Positions 54,151-63,442 of a stretch of DNA of 64,000 nt are shown piece after piece. Both the position numbers and the translations under genes were made by a program. This DNA comes from Candidatus Hydrogenedentota bacterium (lineage in GTDB: Bacteria > Hydrogenedentota > Hydrogenedentia > Hydrogenedentales > CAITNO01), in contig JAGPFE010000015.1 of assembly GCA_018056705.1 (NCBI GenBank), forward strand, positions 2,701 to 66,700, given 5' to 3'. The notes beneath the pieces are model-generated. The model saw nothing but the letters and a program-made list of their open reading frames with translations. It did no database searches and had not been told where the DNA came from. The first letter of the stretch is position 1; each line of letters begins with the position of its first letter.

Positions 54151-55380
54151 TCATGAGAAAAGTTCCGGCTTGTAGTGGCGTTGTTCCAGTTCGCTTTCGG
54201 CGAAGGGGGAAACCGCCGCCAGGGATCGCGCGGCGGTCTTGGAACGGGTGGTTCGAGTCGTGGACGTGGCCGGGGCGACAAGACCTGACATCAGGGCTTC
54301 CCGTTCCTGGCGTTTTTCCTCGCGCGTGTCGATCTGGTAGACGAAAGAAAGCACTTCCGCCACGGCGGTGAACAGTTTCTCCGGAATGTACTGGCCTACC
54401 TCGACGTCGCGGTACAACGCCCGGGCCAGTTCGGGGCGCTGCACGATGGGTACCCGGTGCCTGGCGGCGATGTCCCGGATCTGTTCCGCGAGCAGTCGGG
54501 CTCCCTTCGCGATGACCTGGGGCGCGGCCATGCTGTCGGGGGCGTACCGCAGGGCGATGGCGTAGTGGGTGGGATTGGTTACCACCACGTCTGCCTTGGG
54601 GACCTCGCGCAGCATCCGCTGGGTCGCGAAACGGCGCTGCAGTTTCCGGATGCGTCCCTTGACGTGAGGATCTCCCTCGAACTCGCGGAGTTCTTCCTTC
54701 AGTTCCTGTTGGGTCATGCGCATGTCCTGTTCCCACTGCCATTTCTGGTACCCGTAGTCCAGAATGCCCAGCACCACCATGGCAATGGCCACGCGCACCC
54801 ACACGGCGCTGATCATGCCCGCGATGGCCATGCCCATGCTCCCGGGGTCCAGCAGTGCCGTCTGGATCAGATCTGGCAGCCGGTCACGCAGGGCTAGCCA
54901 CGCGATGGTTCCCACGATCGCCAGTTTGGCCAGCGACTTGACCAGTTCGACGAGGTTGCGCAGGGTGAAAAAACGCTGGAACCCGGTGATTGGATTGATC
55001 CGGGAGAGGTTCGGCACCAGGGGCCGCGTCGTCCAGAGGAAACCGACCTGCAACAGGTTAGACAAAAATCCGGCCAGCATCATCACCAGCATGAAAGGAA
55101 TCGCGCAGGCGGCCGTGTGGGCGAACATGAGCGTCAGGGCGTAACGGGGCGCGGATGGGTCCGGTAGAAGCGCTGGAATCTCCGCGAGAAAATAATGTCC
55201 GGCGACCAGGATCTGCCGCGTCATCCAGGAACCGAGGAAGTAAAACCCCAGCAGCGCGGCCACCAGGGAGAACGCGGTGTTCAGGTCCTGGCTCCGGGCC
55301 ACGTTGCCTTCCATCCAGGCCTTGGCCCGCTTGTGTGGCGTTGCGGGTATATTTCTTTCGCCGCCAGTATCTTCAGGCAT
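54151..55380 (-). CDS. flhB: Flagellar biosynthesis protein FlhB
   Basis: NPTHYAIALRY autocleavage motif. 4 TM helices. Confidence 0.9.
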   Translation of the reverse strand: MPEDTGGERNIPATPHKRAKAWMEGNVARSQDLNTAFSLVAALLGFYFLGSWMTRQILVAGHYFLAEIPALLPDPSAPRYALTLMFAHTAACAIPFMLVMMLAGFLSNLLQVGFLWTTRPLVPNLSRINPITGFQRFFTLRNLVELVKSLAKLAIVGTIAWLALRDRLPDLIQTALLDPGSMGMAIAGMISAVWVRVAIAMVVLGILDYGYQKWQWEQDMRMTQQELKEELREFEGDPHVKGRIRKLQRRFATQRMLREVPKADVVVTNPTHYAIALRYAPDSMAAPQVIAKGARLLAEQIRDIAARHRVPIVQRPELARALYRDVEVGQYIPEKLFTAVAEVLSFVYQIDTREEKRQEREALMSGLVAPATSTTRTTRSKTAARSLAAVSPFAESELEQRHYKPELFS

Positions 55381-55386
55381 GGCCGG

Positions 55387-56157
55387 TCATCCCATGACTC
55401 TCCCGATCCACACCAGGTCCCGGAACATCCGGGAAAACATGCCGTCCAGCAGTTCGAGATACGTTCCGATGAAAGCGGCCATGACCAGCATGGCCAGGGC
55501 CATGGTCAGGGGAAAGCCGATGATGAACAGGTGAATCTGCGGTACCACGCGGCCCAGCAGGCCAAGGGTGCCGTAAGCCAGGAACATGGCCGCCGCCACG
55601 GGCGCGGCAATGACGAGACCATCGATGAAAATCCACGCGCCCCGTCGCGCGAGTTCACTGAAGGCCGGGCCGTTCGGCCGAAACCCGCCCGGTGGGATGT
55701 GTTCGAAAGAAACCGCGGCCGCCCGCAGGATGACATGGTGGCCATCCGTGGCCAGCAGGAAAAACACGGCCAGAATGAACAGAAAGAAACCGAAAACGGG
55801 AAACTGGGTTTCCGCGGCGGGGTTGAAGATGTTCATCATGCCAAAGCCGCTCTGCATGTCGATGACCTGGCCGCCCATCTGTACCGCCGCGAGCACCAGG
55901 GAAGCCACGAAGCCCACGCACAGGCCGATGATAAGTTCTCCCGCCGCCAGCCAGCCGAAAGCGAAAGGATCCGAAGGAAGCGGTTGTGCCAGGGCCGGAA
56001 TCAGTGGCGTGACCAGCAGGGCCGTGGCCGCGGCCAGTCCCGCCCGTAACCGCATGGGTACACCACCTGACCCCAGGACGGGTGCCGTGGCCATGACGCC
56101 GGAAAACCGGATCAGCACCAGCACGAAAAGTTTGAACCATTCCGCTTCGAGCAGCAT
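55387..56157 (-). CDS. fliR: Flagellar biosynthesis protein FliR
   Basis: 256-aa polytopic protein between fliQ and flhB. Confidence 0.85.
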   Translation of the reverse strand: MLLEAEWFKLFVLVLIRFSGVMATAPVLGSGGVPMRLRAGLAAATALLVTPLIPALAQPLPSDPFAFGWLAAGELIIGLCVGFVASLVLAAVQMGGQVIDMQSGFGMMNIFNPAAETQFPVFGFFLFILAVFFLLATDGHHVILRAAAVSFEHIPPGGFRPNGPAFSELARRGAWIFIDGLVIAAPVAAAMFLAYGTLGLLGRVVPQIHLFIIGFPLTMALAMLVMAAFIGTYLELLDGMFSRMFRDLVWIGRVMG

Positions 56158-56164
56158 TGCGTCC

Positions 56165-56434
56165 CTACTGGATGTACCGCGGCAACCCCGTGAAGAGTTC
56201 CCGCATGAAAGTGGTCAGAATGCCGGAGATCCATGGCATGAACACCACGAAAGCCACCATGACGGCGATGATTTTCGGCACGAAACTCAGGGTGATTTCC
56301 TGCAGTTGCGTTACCGACTGCAACAGGCTGATCGCCAGTCCCACCACCATGCCCGTGATCAGCATGGGCGAGGCAACCATGAGGGTGATCAGCATGGCCT
56401 GTTGCCCCAGCACGTTGATATCATCCAGTGTCAC
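56165..56434 (-). CDS. fliQ: Flagellar biosynthesis protein FliQ
   Basis: 89 aa from a GTG start (VTLDDINVLGQQAMLITLMVASPMLITGMVVGLAISLLQ...). The ORF-track N-terminal 30 aa was discarded as non-conserved. Confidence 0.8.
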   Translation of the reverse strand: MTLDDINVLGQQAMLITLMVASPMLITGMVVGLAISLLQSVTQLQEITLSFVPKIIAVMVAFVVFMPWISGILTTFMRELFTGLPRYIQ

Positions 56435-56512
56435 CGTGGAGCCTTTCCACCCACAACATCTGTGCTTGCCGCCAGTTCCTCCAAAAACGCACAATATATA
56501 ATGCCCGAAAAA

Positions 56513-56541
56513 ATGATAACACAATATATTGTTGCTGTCAA
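56513..56541 (-). promoter_or_regulatory. Near-consensus sigma-70 promoter (TTGACA-N17-TATCAT) with palindromic operator ACAATATATTGT in the spacer, upstream of fliQ
   Basis: Minus-strand read: cTTGACAgcaacaatatattgtgtTATCATttttt. A second ACAATATATA copy lies ~30 bp downstream at 56491-56500. Confidence 0.45.
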
Positions 56542-56585
56542 GATTTTAATCACCACATTCAGCCCAGACCGGCCTTTCACATAAT

Positions 56586-59500
56586 ATGATGGGAGCAATC
56601 CGGGAGGCAGTTATGACGGCATCCGTGGAGATCCGGCTGACGCCCATGCTGGTGGATGAGCCGGGGGAACTGGAACTTGAAGCCCTGCGGCACCGGGACA
56701 GGGGCACGGTGATTTACCCGACACGGGCCCTGGCGTCGTGGCGGGCGGTAAACCTGGTCCGGGACGGACAGTTTCCGGGCATATTCGGTCCATTTTTCTC
56801 AGAATTTTCCGGTTTTGCCCTGGAGATACTGCGGGAAAGCGGCATTGATCCGGTGCTGATGGACTCCCGGGAACGGCGGTTACTCGCCTGGCAGTGCCTG
56901 GAAACGGTGCTGGAAGTCCAGGGAGACCTGCCGGAAATCCGGATTCAGGATACGGCCCTGCCGGGCGTGGCGGGCCACCTTCTGAACGTGATTACCGCGC
57001 TGAAACAGGCGGGAATTCCCCCGGAAACTTTTGAGGAACGCATGGCGGCGGAGGAAAACGCGGCTCCGGTGGACCGGCTGCTTCTGGAGGTTTACCAACG
57101 GTATCAGCGGCAACTGGTCGCGTCAGGGTCATGCGATATTCCTGGACTGTACTGGCTGGCGGAAGAAGTGGTCCGGAACCGGGGAGACGCGGCCTTGCGC
57201 GGCCTGCGTTACCTGTTCCTGGATGGATTCGAGGATTTCACGCCCTCCCAGGTCCGCCTGTTGAAGGAACTGGCCCCCCGGCTGGAACGGATGGTAATAC
57301 GCGCGCATTACGATACCAGCAGTGGGCGGGACCGGGAGTTTCTGTTGCAACAGAGGTGCCTGAAGGCGTTGCGCGCACTGGAAACTGCCGGCGTGCGCTT
57401 CCAGGTTATCGAAGAATCCCCGCCGCGGCTTCATTCCACGGGCCAATGGCTGGCCGCTTGGTTTGGAAGCAGGGTTCCGGTGGACCGGGCGGCGGAGTCC
57501 GGTCGGGTGACCGGCTTGAGAAACAACACGCGGTTGATGCCCTGCGTGGACGTGCACGACGAGGCGGACCGGATCGCGCGGAACATCCGGCGGCAGGTGT
57601 TGGAAAGGGGAGAGAACCCCGGGGACGTGGCGGTAGCCGTGCCGGATATCCAGGAGAGCGGCTGGATATTTGAGCGGGCCTTCGAAAGGCAGGAAGTCCC
57701 GTGCGCGCGGATGTTTTCCCGGTCCATGGCGGAAAGCCTCGCGGGCGGTGTCGCGTTGCTGCTGGTCCGGCTGATGGAAGGTTTCGACGCGATGCTGGCA
57801 CTGGAACTGGTGGAACACCCGCTTGCAGGGCCGGCAGAGAGGCGCCCGGACTCCCAGGTTCGGGAGCAGCTTCCCGAACTGTTTCGTCGCCTGCTTCCCC
57901 GGGTGACTTGGCCGTATCCCGAAGAAGCCCTGGAACGTCACCTGGCGGAACTGTCCAGGGTGGATGGTGGCACCTGCCCCTGGGAAGCACCCGCGCGGTG
58001 GTTCATTTCGTGGTGTCAATGGTTACGGCAGGTACGCGGTATGTTTCCGGAGTCGGCGGACGCCCGGACATTTGTTGCGGCCCTGGAAACCGTTCTACGG
58101 TGCCTGGAGGCGGAATCTTTGCTGTCCGTCCGGGCTGGCGGCATGGATCCGGGTGCCGCTGAGGCGGAACTGGCTGCCGGTGAAATCCTGGGGGAAACGC
58201 TGGCGCGGGTGTATGACGTGGCCGCGCCGGACCGGCAGATGACGCGGGAAACGTTCGTGGATCTTTTCCGACGGATCCTCGTGGAGACGCCATGGCCGGG
58301 GGGGACAAGCCGGCACGGAGTGCTGCTGGGGGGAATGGACCTGCTGCGGCGGCCCGGCATCCGCCGATTGTACGTGGCCGGTATGAACGAGGGGTTGTTT
58401 CCGGCCGTTAACGGGGCGAGCGTGGTGTATGGTCCGGAATCGCTGGCCCGCGTGGGGCGCGCCCTGGGGGTTACCCTGGAGGGTCCGCGTGAAAAAGCCC
58501 TCCGGCAATCCCTGTTGTTCCTGGGCGCGCTGGAACGGGACCGCGAGGCGATTGTCCTGAGTTGGCGGTTGCAGGGGCCCGATGGGAGCGAAATGTTTCC
58601 CGGAAGTTTCCTGGAGGAAATCCGATTCCTGGCGGGTAAGGCTGGCCTCGACCTCGATGACGGACGCGTGCCCGTTCCCGGGGAATTGCCGCGCGACATG
58701 GAAACGATTCCGGGCGTGTTTCATGACGCGATGACCCGGGCGGCGGTGGCAGGGCGCGGCGAAGCAGCGGAACGGATGTGGCGGCGCGCGGCGGAACTGG
58801 CCGGGCCCGAGCGGACAAACCTGCTCCACGCGGCGCGGCACGGCATCGAAGTGGAACGACGCCGTCATGATCGGCTGGCGCCTTTCGACCAGTACGATGG
58901 GATGCTGCGGGGTGAGGATACCCGGCAGTGGATAGCGGAACGGTTTGGTCCAGAACGCGTGTTCAGCGTGACCCGGCTGGAACAGTACCTGAAATGTCCC
59001 TACACGTTCTTTGTTTCGGAAGTGCTGGGCGTGGACGAGCGGGACGTTCCATTAAGTGGTCTGGAGGTACGGCCGACGGTACGGGGGTCCCTGGCGCACG
59101 AGGTCCTCGAGTGGGTGTTTTCGGACTCGACGCGGTACCGGGAACCGCCCGGGGCGGACACGCTGTTCGAGGTCTACCGGAAGTGCGCGGAGAGGTACCG
59201 GCTGGAACTGGCTAACCTGTCGCCCGGACTGCTCGAAGAGGAGTTGCGGTATCTCGCGGGGAAAACGGCCCGGTTTCTCCGGAAGCATCTGGAATCGTGT
59301 GGTGATGCCGAGGGAGAGACGCTGGGCGCGGGGCTGGAAATTTCCTTCGGGCGGCGCGTCCGGAACGGGGAAGCACCGGATCCATCGGCGGAACGGTTCC
59401 CAGTCTTGCGATCGACACCTCAACCGCTCCTCCTGGAATGGGACGGCATGCGCGCCCGGATAGCGGGGCAGATCGACCGGATCGACGTATTGAACCCTGA

Positions 59501-59966
59501 AACCCGTGTCTGCCGTATCGTCGACTATAAAACCGGGCAGGTGCCGGCACCGGCAGCGATCAAGCAGGGCAGCGACGTTCAGTTGATGCTGTACGCCCGG
59601 GCCATGCAACAGTTGTTCGGCTGGACCTGTGACGCCGCCTGGTACGTGTCCGTGACCGATCCGGACAGCGCCACGAAACTGCCCGAGAGACTCAGGGCGC
59701 GCAAGAAAGACGATCCAACTTATTCAATGTCTGACGCGGACTTGTGGGCCCATGGCATGGAACGCGCCCTTGAAACCGTGAAACGGGCTGTGATCCGGTT
59801 GCGGGAAGGATGTTTCCCACCGGTGACCTGGAACGGGGAAGCGGAGGCATGCGTGCCGTCTGGGAGGTACCAGGACTTCCGCATACGGGCGAAGGCACTC
59901 ATGGGCGGATGGGACACGCCGGGTGAGGAAGTCGAAGACGGGACGGAAAACGGGGAAGAAGAGTAA
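56586..59966 (+). CDS. addB: AddB-like helicase-nuclease subunit (PD-(D/E)xK nuclease, no Walker A)
   Basis: 1126 aa. C-terminal RecB-family nuclease motif VCRIVDYKTGQ with flanking cysteines (KCPY, GCFPP, EACVPSG). No GxxxxGK[ST] found. Immediately upstream of addA. Confidence 0.7.
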   Translation: MMGAIREAVMTASVEIRLTPMLVDEPGELELEALRHRDRGTVIYPTRALASWRAVNLVRDGQFPGIFGPFFSEFSGFALEILRESGIDPVLMDSRERRLLAWQCLETVLEVQGDLPEIRIQDTALPGVAGHLLNVITALKQAGIPPETFEERMAAEENAAPVDRLLLEVYQRYQRQLVASGSCDIPGLYWLAEEVVRNRGDAALRGLRYLFLDGFEDFTPSQVRLLKELAPRLERMVIRAHYDTSSGRDREFLLQQRCLKALRALETAGVRFQVIEESPPRLHSTGQWLAAWFGSRVPVDRAAESGRVTGLRNNTRLMPCVDVHDEADRIARNIRRQVLERGENPGDVAVAVPDIQESGWIFERAFERQEVPCARMFSRSMAESLAGGVALLLVRLMEGFDAMLALELVEHPLAGPAERRPDSQVREQLPELFRRLLPRVTWPYPEEALERHLAELSRVDGGTCPWEAPARWFISWCQWLRQVRGMFPESADARTFVAALETVLRCLEAESLLSVRAGGMDPGAAEAELAAGEILGETLARVYDVAAPDRQMTRETFVDLFRRILVETPWPGGTSRHGVLLGGMDLLRRPGIRRLYVAGMNEGLFPAVNGASVVYGPESLARVGRALGVTLEGPREKALRQSLLFLGALERDREAIVLSWRLQGPDGSEMFPGSFLEEIRFLAGKAGLDLDDGRVPVPGELPRDMETIPGVFHDAMTRAAVAGRGEAAERMWRRAAELAGPERTNLLHAARHGIEVERRRHDRLAPFDQYDGMLRGEDTRQWIAERFGPERVFSVTRLEQYLKCPYTFFVSEVLGVDERDVPLSGLEVRPTVRGSLAHEVLEWVFSDSTRYREPPGADTLFEVYRKCAERYRLELANLSPGLLEEELRYLAGKTARFLRKHLESCGDAEGETLGAGLEISFGRRVRNGEAPDPSAERFPVLRSTPQPLLLEWDGMRARIAGQIDRIDVLNPETRVCRIVDYKTGQVPAPAAIKQGSDVQLMLYARAMQQLFGWTCDAAWYVSVTDPDSATKLPERLRARKKDDPTYSMSDADLWAHGMERALETVKRAVIRLREGCFPPVTWNGEAEACVPSGRYQDFRIRAKALMGGWDTPGEEVEDGTENGEEE

Positions 59967-59968
59967 AC

Positions 59969-62900
59969 ATGTTCAAGGAAGCGGACTTCAGCCCGAGACA
60001 GCGGGCCCTTGTACAGAGCCGGGATCGACGGGTGCTGGTGGACGCGGGAGCGGGGTCAGGTAAAACCCGGACCCTGATTGGCCGGATTGTGGGCCTGCTG
60101 GAGGATCCGGCCTGCTGGATGCCATCTGGTGAGCCTGAGTTGCGCCGGATCGTGGCCATCACCTTCACGGAAAAGGCCGCGCTGGAAATGAAAACACGGT
60201 TGCGGGGGGAATTCCGGGAACGGGCGCGGTCGGCGACCATCAGGGAGAGCCGGGTGGACTGGGCGGCACTCGAGCGGGACGTCGAAAACGCGCGCATTTC
60301 CACGATTCACAGTTTCTGCGCGGGATTGCTTCGCCAGCACGCGCTGCTGCTGGGGATCAACCCCGACACGCGGGTGCTTGATGCCACGGAAACGGGGTTG
60401 CTGTTCTCGGAATTTCTCGAGGAAACGTTGAGCGGCATGCTCGATGCCGGGGATCCCGACGCGCGGGCGCTGTGCGTTGAATTCGGCGTGCCGGGAGTGG
60501 TCCGTTTGCTCCGGGAACTGATGGGGCAGCGGGTTCGCCTCACGCGCCTGCTGGACGACATGGCGGAATGGTTGTCGACTCCTGAATCTTACGCCGCCTT
60601 CCTTCGGAACTGCCGTTCCGCGGTATCCGCGCTGATCGAACATATCGCGCGAGGACGGCGGTTCAGGCGGTATGAACGGCTGTTTCTGGATGAACTGTGC
60701 CCCCTTTTGGAAATGGACGGCGTTCCCGAAGTGATCAGGAAGAAAATCCGTTGCGTGCGTCCATTTTTCGACGCGATACGCCGGCAGCCTGAAACCCTAC
60801 CGGTGGTGTTGAACGAGTACGCCGCGCAGTGGAAAGCAGCCGGACAATTCAGGTCAAAGCAACTGGAAGGTTACCTGGATATAAAAACACTGCTGGAAGA
60901 CTTGAACAAGTACATCAGAAGTTTGGCATACCTGAAGGAAACCGAGGGAGATCCGAAAGGATGGCTGCCGGAAGCCGCCCGACTCACGGTTGCCTTGAAG
61001 CGCCTGTTTGAACGGACACGGGACGCGTGGCAGGCGCACAAGGCGGAACGTAACGCGCTGGACTTCGACGATCTTATTCTCGAGGTCCGGAATCATTTTC
61101 GGGACAACGACCGTTTCAGGACATTAATTCGCGGCGACATCCGGTACATGCTCGTGGATGAACAGCAGGACACCGACCCGGCCCAGATGGAGATTTTCGA
61201 CCTGGTCTGCGAAGGAGAAGACGGACCGGCACTGTTCATGGTGGGAGACGCGAACCAGTCCATCTACCGGTTTCGTGGGGCGGAGGTGTCGGTGTTCGTC
61301 CGGCAGAAAAACCGGCCGGGAACCGTCAACCTGGATCTCCTGGAAAATTACCGTTGCCAGGGCGCGGTGCTGGCGTTCATCAACGCGTTTTTTGCACGCT
61401 CCGGAATGTTGCAGCAGTACGGTCCCTACCGGAAACTGGACGCGACGCGCGATCCGCTGCCGGGTCCGGCGGTGGAAGTGTACGTTACGCCCGTGACGGG
61501 TCGGGATCGAAAACTGACGGCCGAGGAGAAAGCAGAGCAGGAAGCGGAATTCATTGCGGAGCGGATACGGCGATGGATGGAACCGGCTCCCGAGCGGCAA
61601 AACGGAGAGGGAACGGACGAAACCGGAACGTATCACCCCGGAGACTTCGCGATTCTCCTGAGGCAGGGTACGCACGCCGGTATATTCGAAGAGTCCTTGC
61701 GGCGGCGGGGTATTCCCTCAACGGTCCACGTGGGCGCGACCTTTTACAAGCAGCAGGAAGTACTTGACTGTGCCGCCCTTGCTCAACTGGCCTTGAATGG
61801 TTACGACGAAGCCGCGCTGGTTCGTGTCCTGCGTGGTCCTTTCGTCGGGTTGAGCGACGACGATCTCGTTCGGTTGCGCGTGGCGGCCGACACGGCGGGG
61901 CAGTCGCTGGCCGAGTGCTTTCACTCGGACATAGAGCCGCCTTCCATGGATCATCCTGGCCAGCTCGCGTGGGCGCGGGATCTCTACCGCCGTCTCAGTG
62001 GCGCGAGGCATCTCGACGCGGGATCGTTTTTCCGGAACCTGTTTGCCTGGACGGAAGCGGAAACCCTGGCGCTGGGATTGCCCCACGGGTTCGAGATTCG
62101 AGCGAACCTGCGCAAGATGCAGCGGGTAGCGGAATCTTTCGTCGGAGGAGGGAAAGGCAGCCTGCGCTCGTTTGTCGCCGGGCTGGACCAGTTCGTGCGG
62201 TTCGGCGCGGATGAGGGCGAGGCCAACCTGCATGGCGGCCAGGTGAACGCGGTTCGCGTTCTTTCGATTCACAAAGCCAAGGGGCTTGAATTTCCCGTGG
62301 TATTTCTACCGCAGACCAGCGTGAAATCAACCACGACCCGAAGCAGGTTACGATGGCATCCCGAGACGGGCCTTGTGCTGTCGCCCGAGGCGCAGGATTT
62401 CGTGAAAGAAGCCTTCACGTTTCAGCGGATTGTCCAGGCGCGGGAAGAACTGGACGAACAGGCCGAGATGGAACGACTGCTGTACGTGGCCATGACCCGC
62501 GCGAGGGATCGGTTGGTCCTGTGCGTGCCGGAAAAACCTGAAAAGAACTCGTGGTCGGAACCCCTGAGCGAGTTTTTAAAATTGACGGAGCACCAGGACG
62601 GCGATCTTGTCGGTGGCGAGGCATGGCAGGCCCGGATATGGCGATCCATACCGAAAACAAAAGACCAGCCACCCCGGGATACTCCGGAAACCATACCTGG
62701 AATATCGAGGGGGCAAGCACCCGATATCACCGAAAGGGCAGGATCGGGAGCTTGCCAGGTTGAAGTTCCGGTCATTTCGGTTACGCGGTTGCTGAACCTC
62801 ATGGGTACCCGGGAACTGGAAGAGGACGAGGACCGGGAAGAAACGCCGGATCCAGAATCTGTCCCTGACGAGGTCATGTTGAGCGGGGGACGACGTCAGG

Positions 62901-63442
62901 CCGTGCGGCGGGGTACCCTTGTGCACCGTTTTTTTGAACTCTGGCGGGATTTCTCGGCGGCACCACCTGACCTGGATCGACTATTCCGGGAACTGCGGGT
63001 CGCGCCATCCCGGCGTGAACATCTTCGATGTTCGCTGGAAGAGGTCGCGCGGCTGTTTCAGAAATCGTCCTTGCGGGATCGACTGGCCCGGGATGGCGGC
63101 GCGCGTCGGGAATATCCCTTTTATTTCCGGCTGGACCGGGTGGCGGTTCGGGGCACCCTGGACTGGCTGGGTAGCGATGGCCTGATTCTCGACTATAAAA
63201 CCGGGCATTGCACCGATGAGAAATTGCGACGCTACGAGGCGCAACTGGCCCTGTACGCGGCGGCCACGCGGCAGGTGCTGGGCATGCCCGGCACGGAAGG
63301 AATCCTCTATTTCACGGATATCGGCCACGTGGAGGTGGTTCCCCTGGATGACGCCCTGGTTGATCGGACCGTCGTCCGGGCCCGGGAAGCGGTGGCGTGT
63401 TACGAGGCGTCGCTGGCCGAACGAATCCGCCCGCGCCAGTAG
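59969..63442 (+). CDS. addA: AddA/RecB-like UvrD-family helicase-nuclease
   Basis: Walker A DAGAGSGKT, motif Ia TFTEKAA, motif II VDEQQDT, motif III VGDANQSIYRFRGA. C-terminal nuclease LILDYKTGH. Confidence 0.85.
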   Translation: MFKEADFSPRQRALVQSRDRRVLVDAGAGSGKTRTLIGRIVGLLEDPACWMPSGEPELRRIVAITFTEKAALEMKTRLRGEFRERARSATIRESRVDWAALERDVENARISTIHSFCAGLLRQHALLLGINPDTRVLDATETGLLFSEFLEETLSGMLDAGDPDARALCVEFGVPGVVRLLRELMGQRVRLTRLLDDMAEWLSTPESYAAFLRNCRSAVSALIEHIARGRRFRRYERLFLDELCPLLEMDGVPEVIRKKIRCVRPFFDAIRRQPETLPVVLNEYAAQWKAAGQFRSKQLEGYLDIKTLLEDLNKYIRSLAYLKETEGDPKGWLPEAARLTVALKRLFERTRDAWQAHKAERNALDFDDLILEVRNHFRDNDRFRTLIRGDIRYMLVDEQQDTDPAQMEIFDLVCEGEDGPALFMVGDANQSIYRFRGAEVSVFVRQKNRPGTVNLDLLENYRCQGAVLAFINAFFARSGMLQQYGPYRKLDATRDPLPGPAVEVYVTPVTGRDRKLTAEEKAEQEAEFIAERIRRWMEPAPERQNGEGTDETGTYHPGDFAILLRQGTHAGIFEESLRRRGIPSTVHVGATFYKQQEVLDCAALAQLALNGYDEAALVRVLRGPFVGLSDDDLVRLRVAADTAGQSLAECFHSDIEPPSMDHPGQLAWARDLYRRLSGARHLDAGSFFRNLFAWTEAETLALGLPHGFEIRANLRKMQRVAESFVGGGKGSLRSFVAGLDQFVRFGADEGEANLHGGQVNAVRVLSIHKAKGLEFPVVFLPQTSVKSTTTRSRLRWHPETGLVLSPEAQDFVKEAFTFQRIVQAREELDEQAEMERLLYVAMTRARDRLVLCVPEKPEKNSWSEPLSEFLKLTEHQDGDLVGGEAWQARIWRSIPKTKDQPPRDTPETIPGISRGQAPDITERAGSGACQVEVPVISVTRLLNLMGTRELEEDEDREETPDPESVPDEVMLSGGRRQAVRRGTLVHRFFELWRDFSAAPPDLDRLFRELRVAPSRREHLRCSLEEVARLFQKSSLRDRLARDGGARREYPFYFRLDRVAVRGTLDWLGSDGLILDYKTGHCTDEKLRRYEAQLALYAAATRQVLGMPGTEGILYFTDIGHVEVVPLDDALVDRTVVRAREAVACYEASLAERIRPRQ

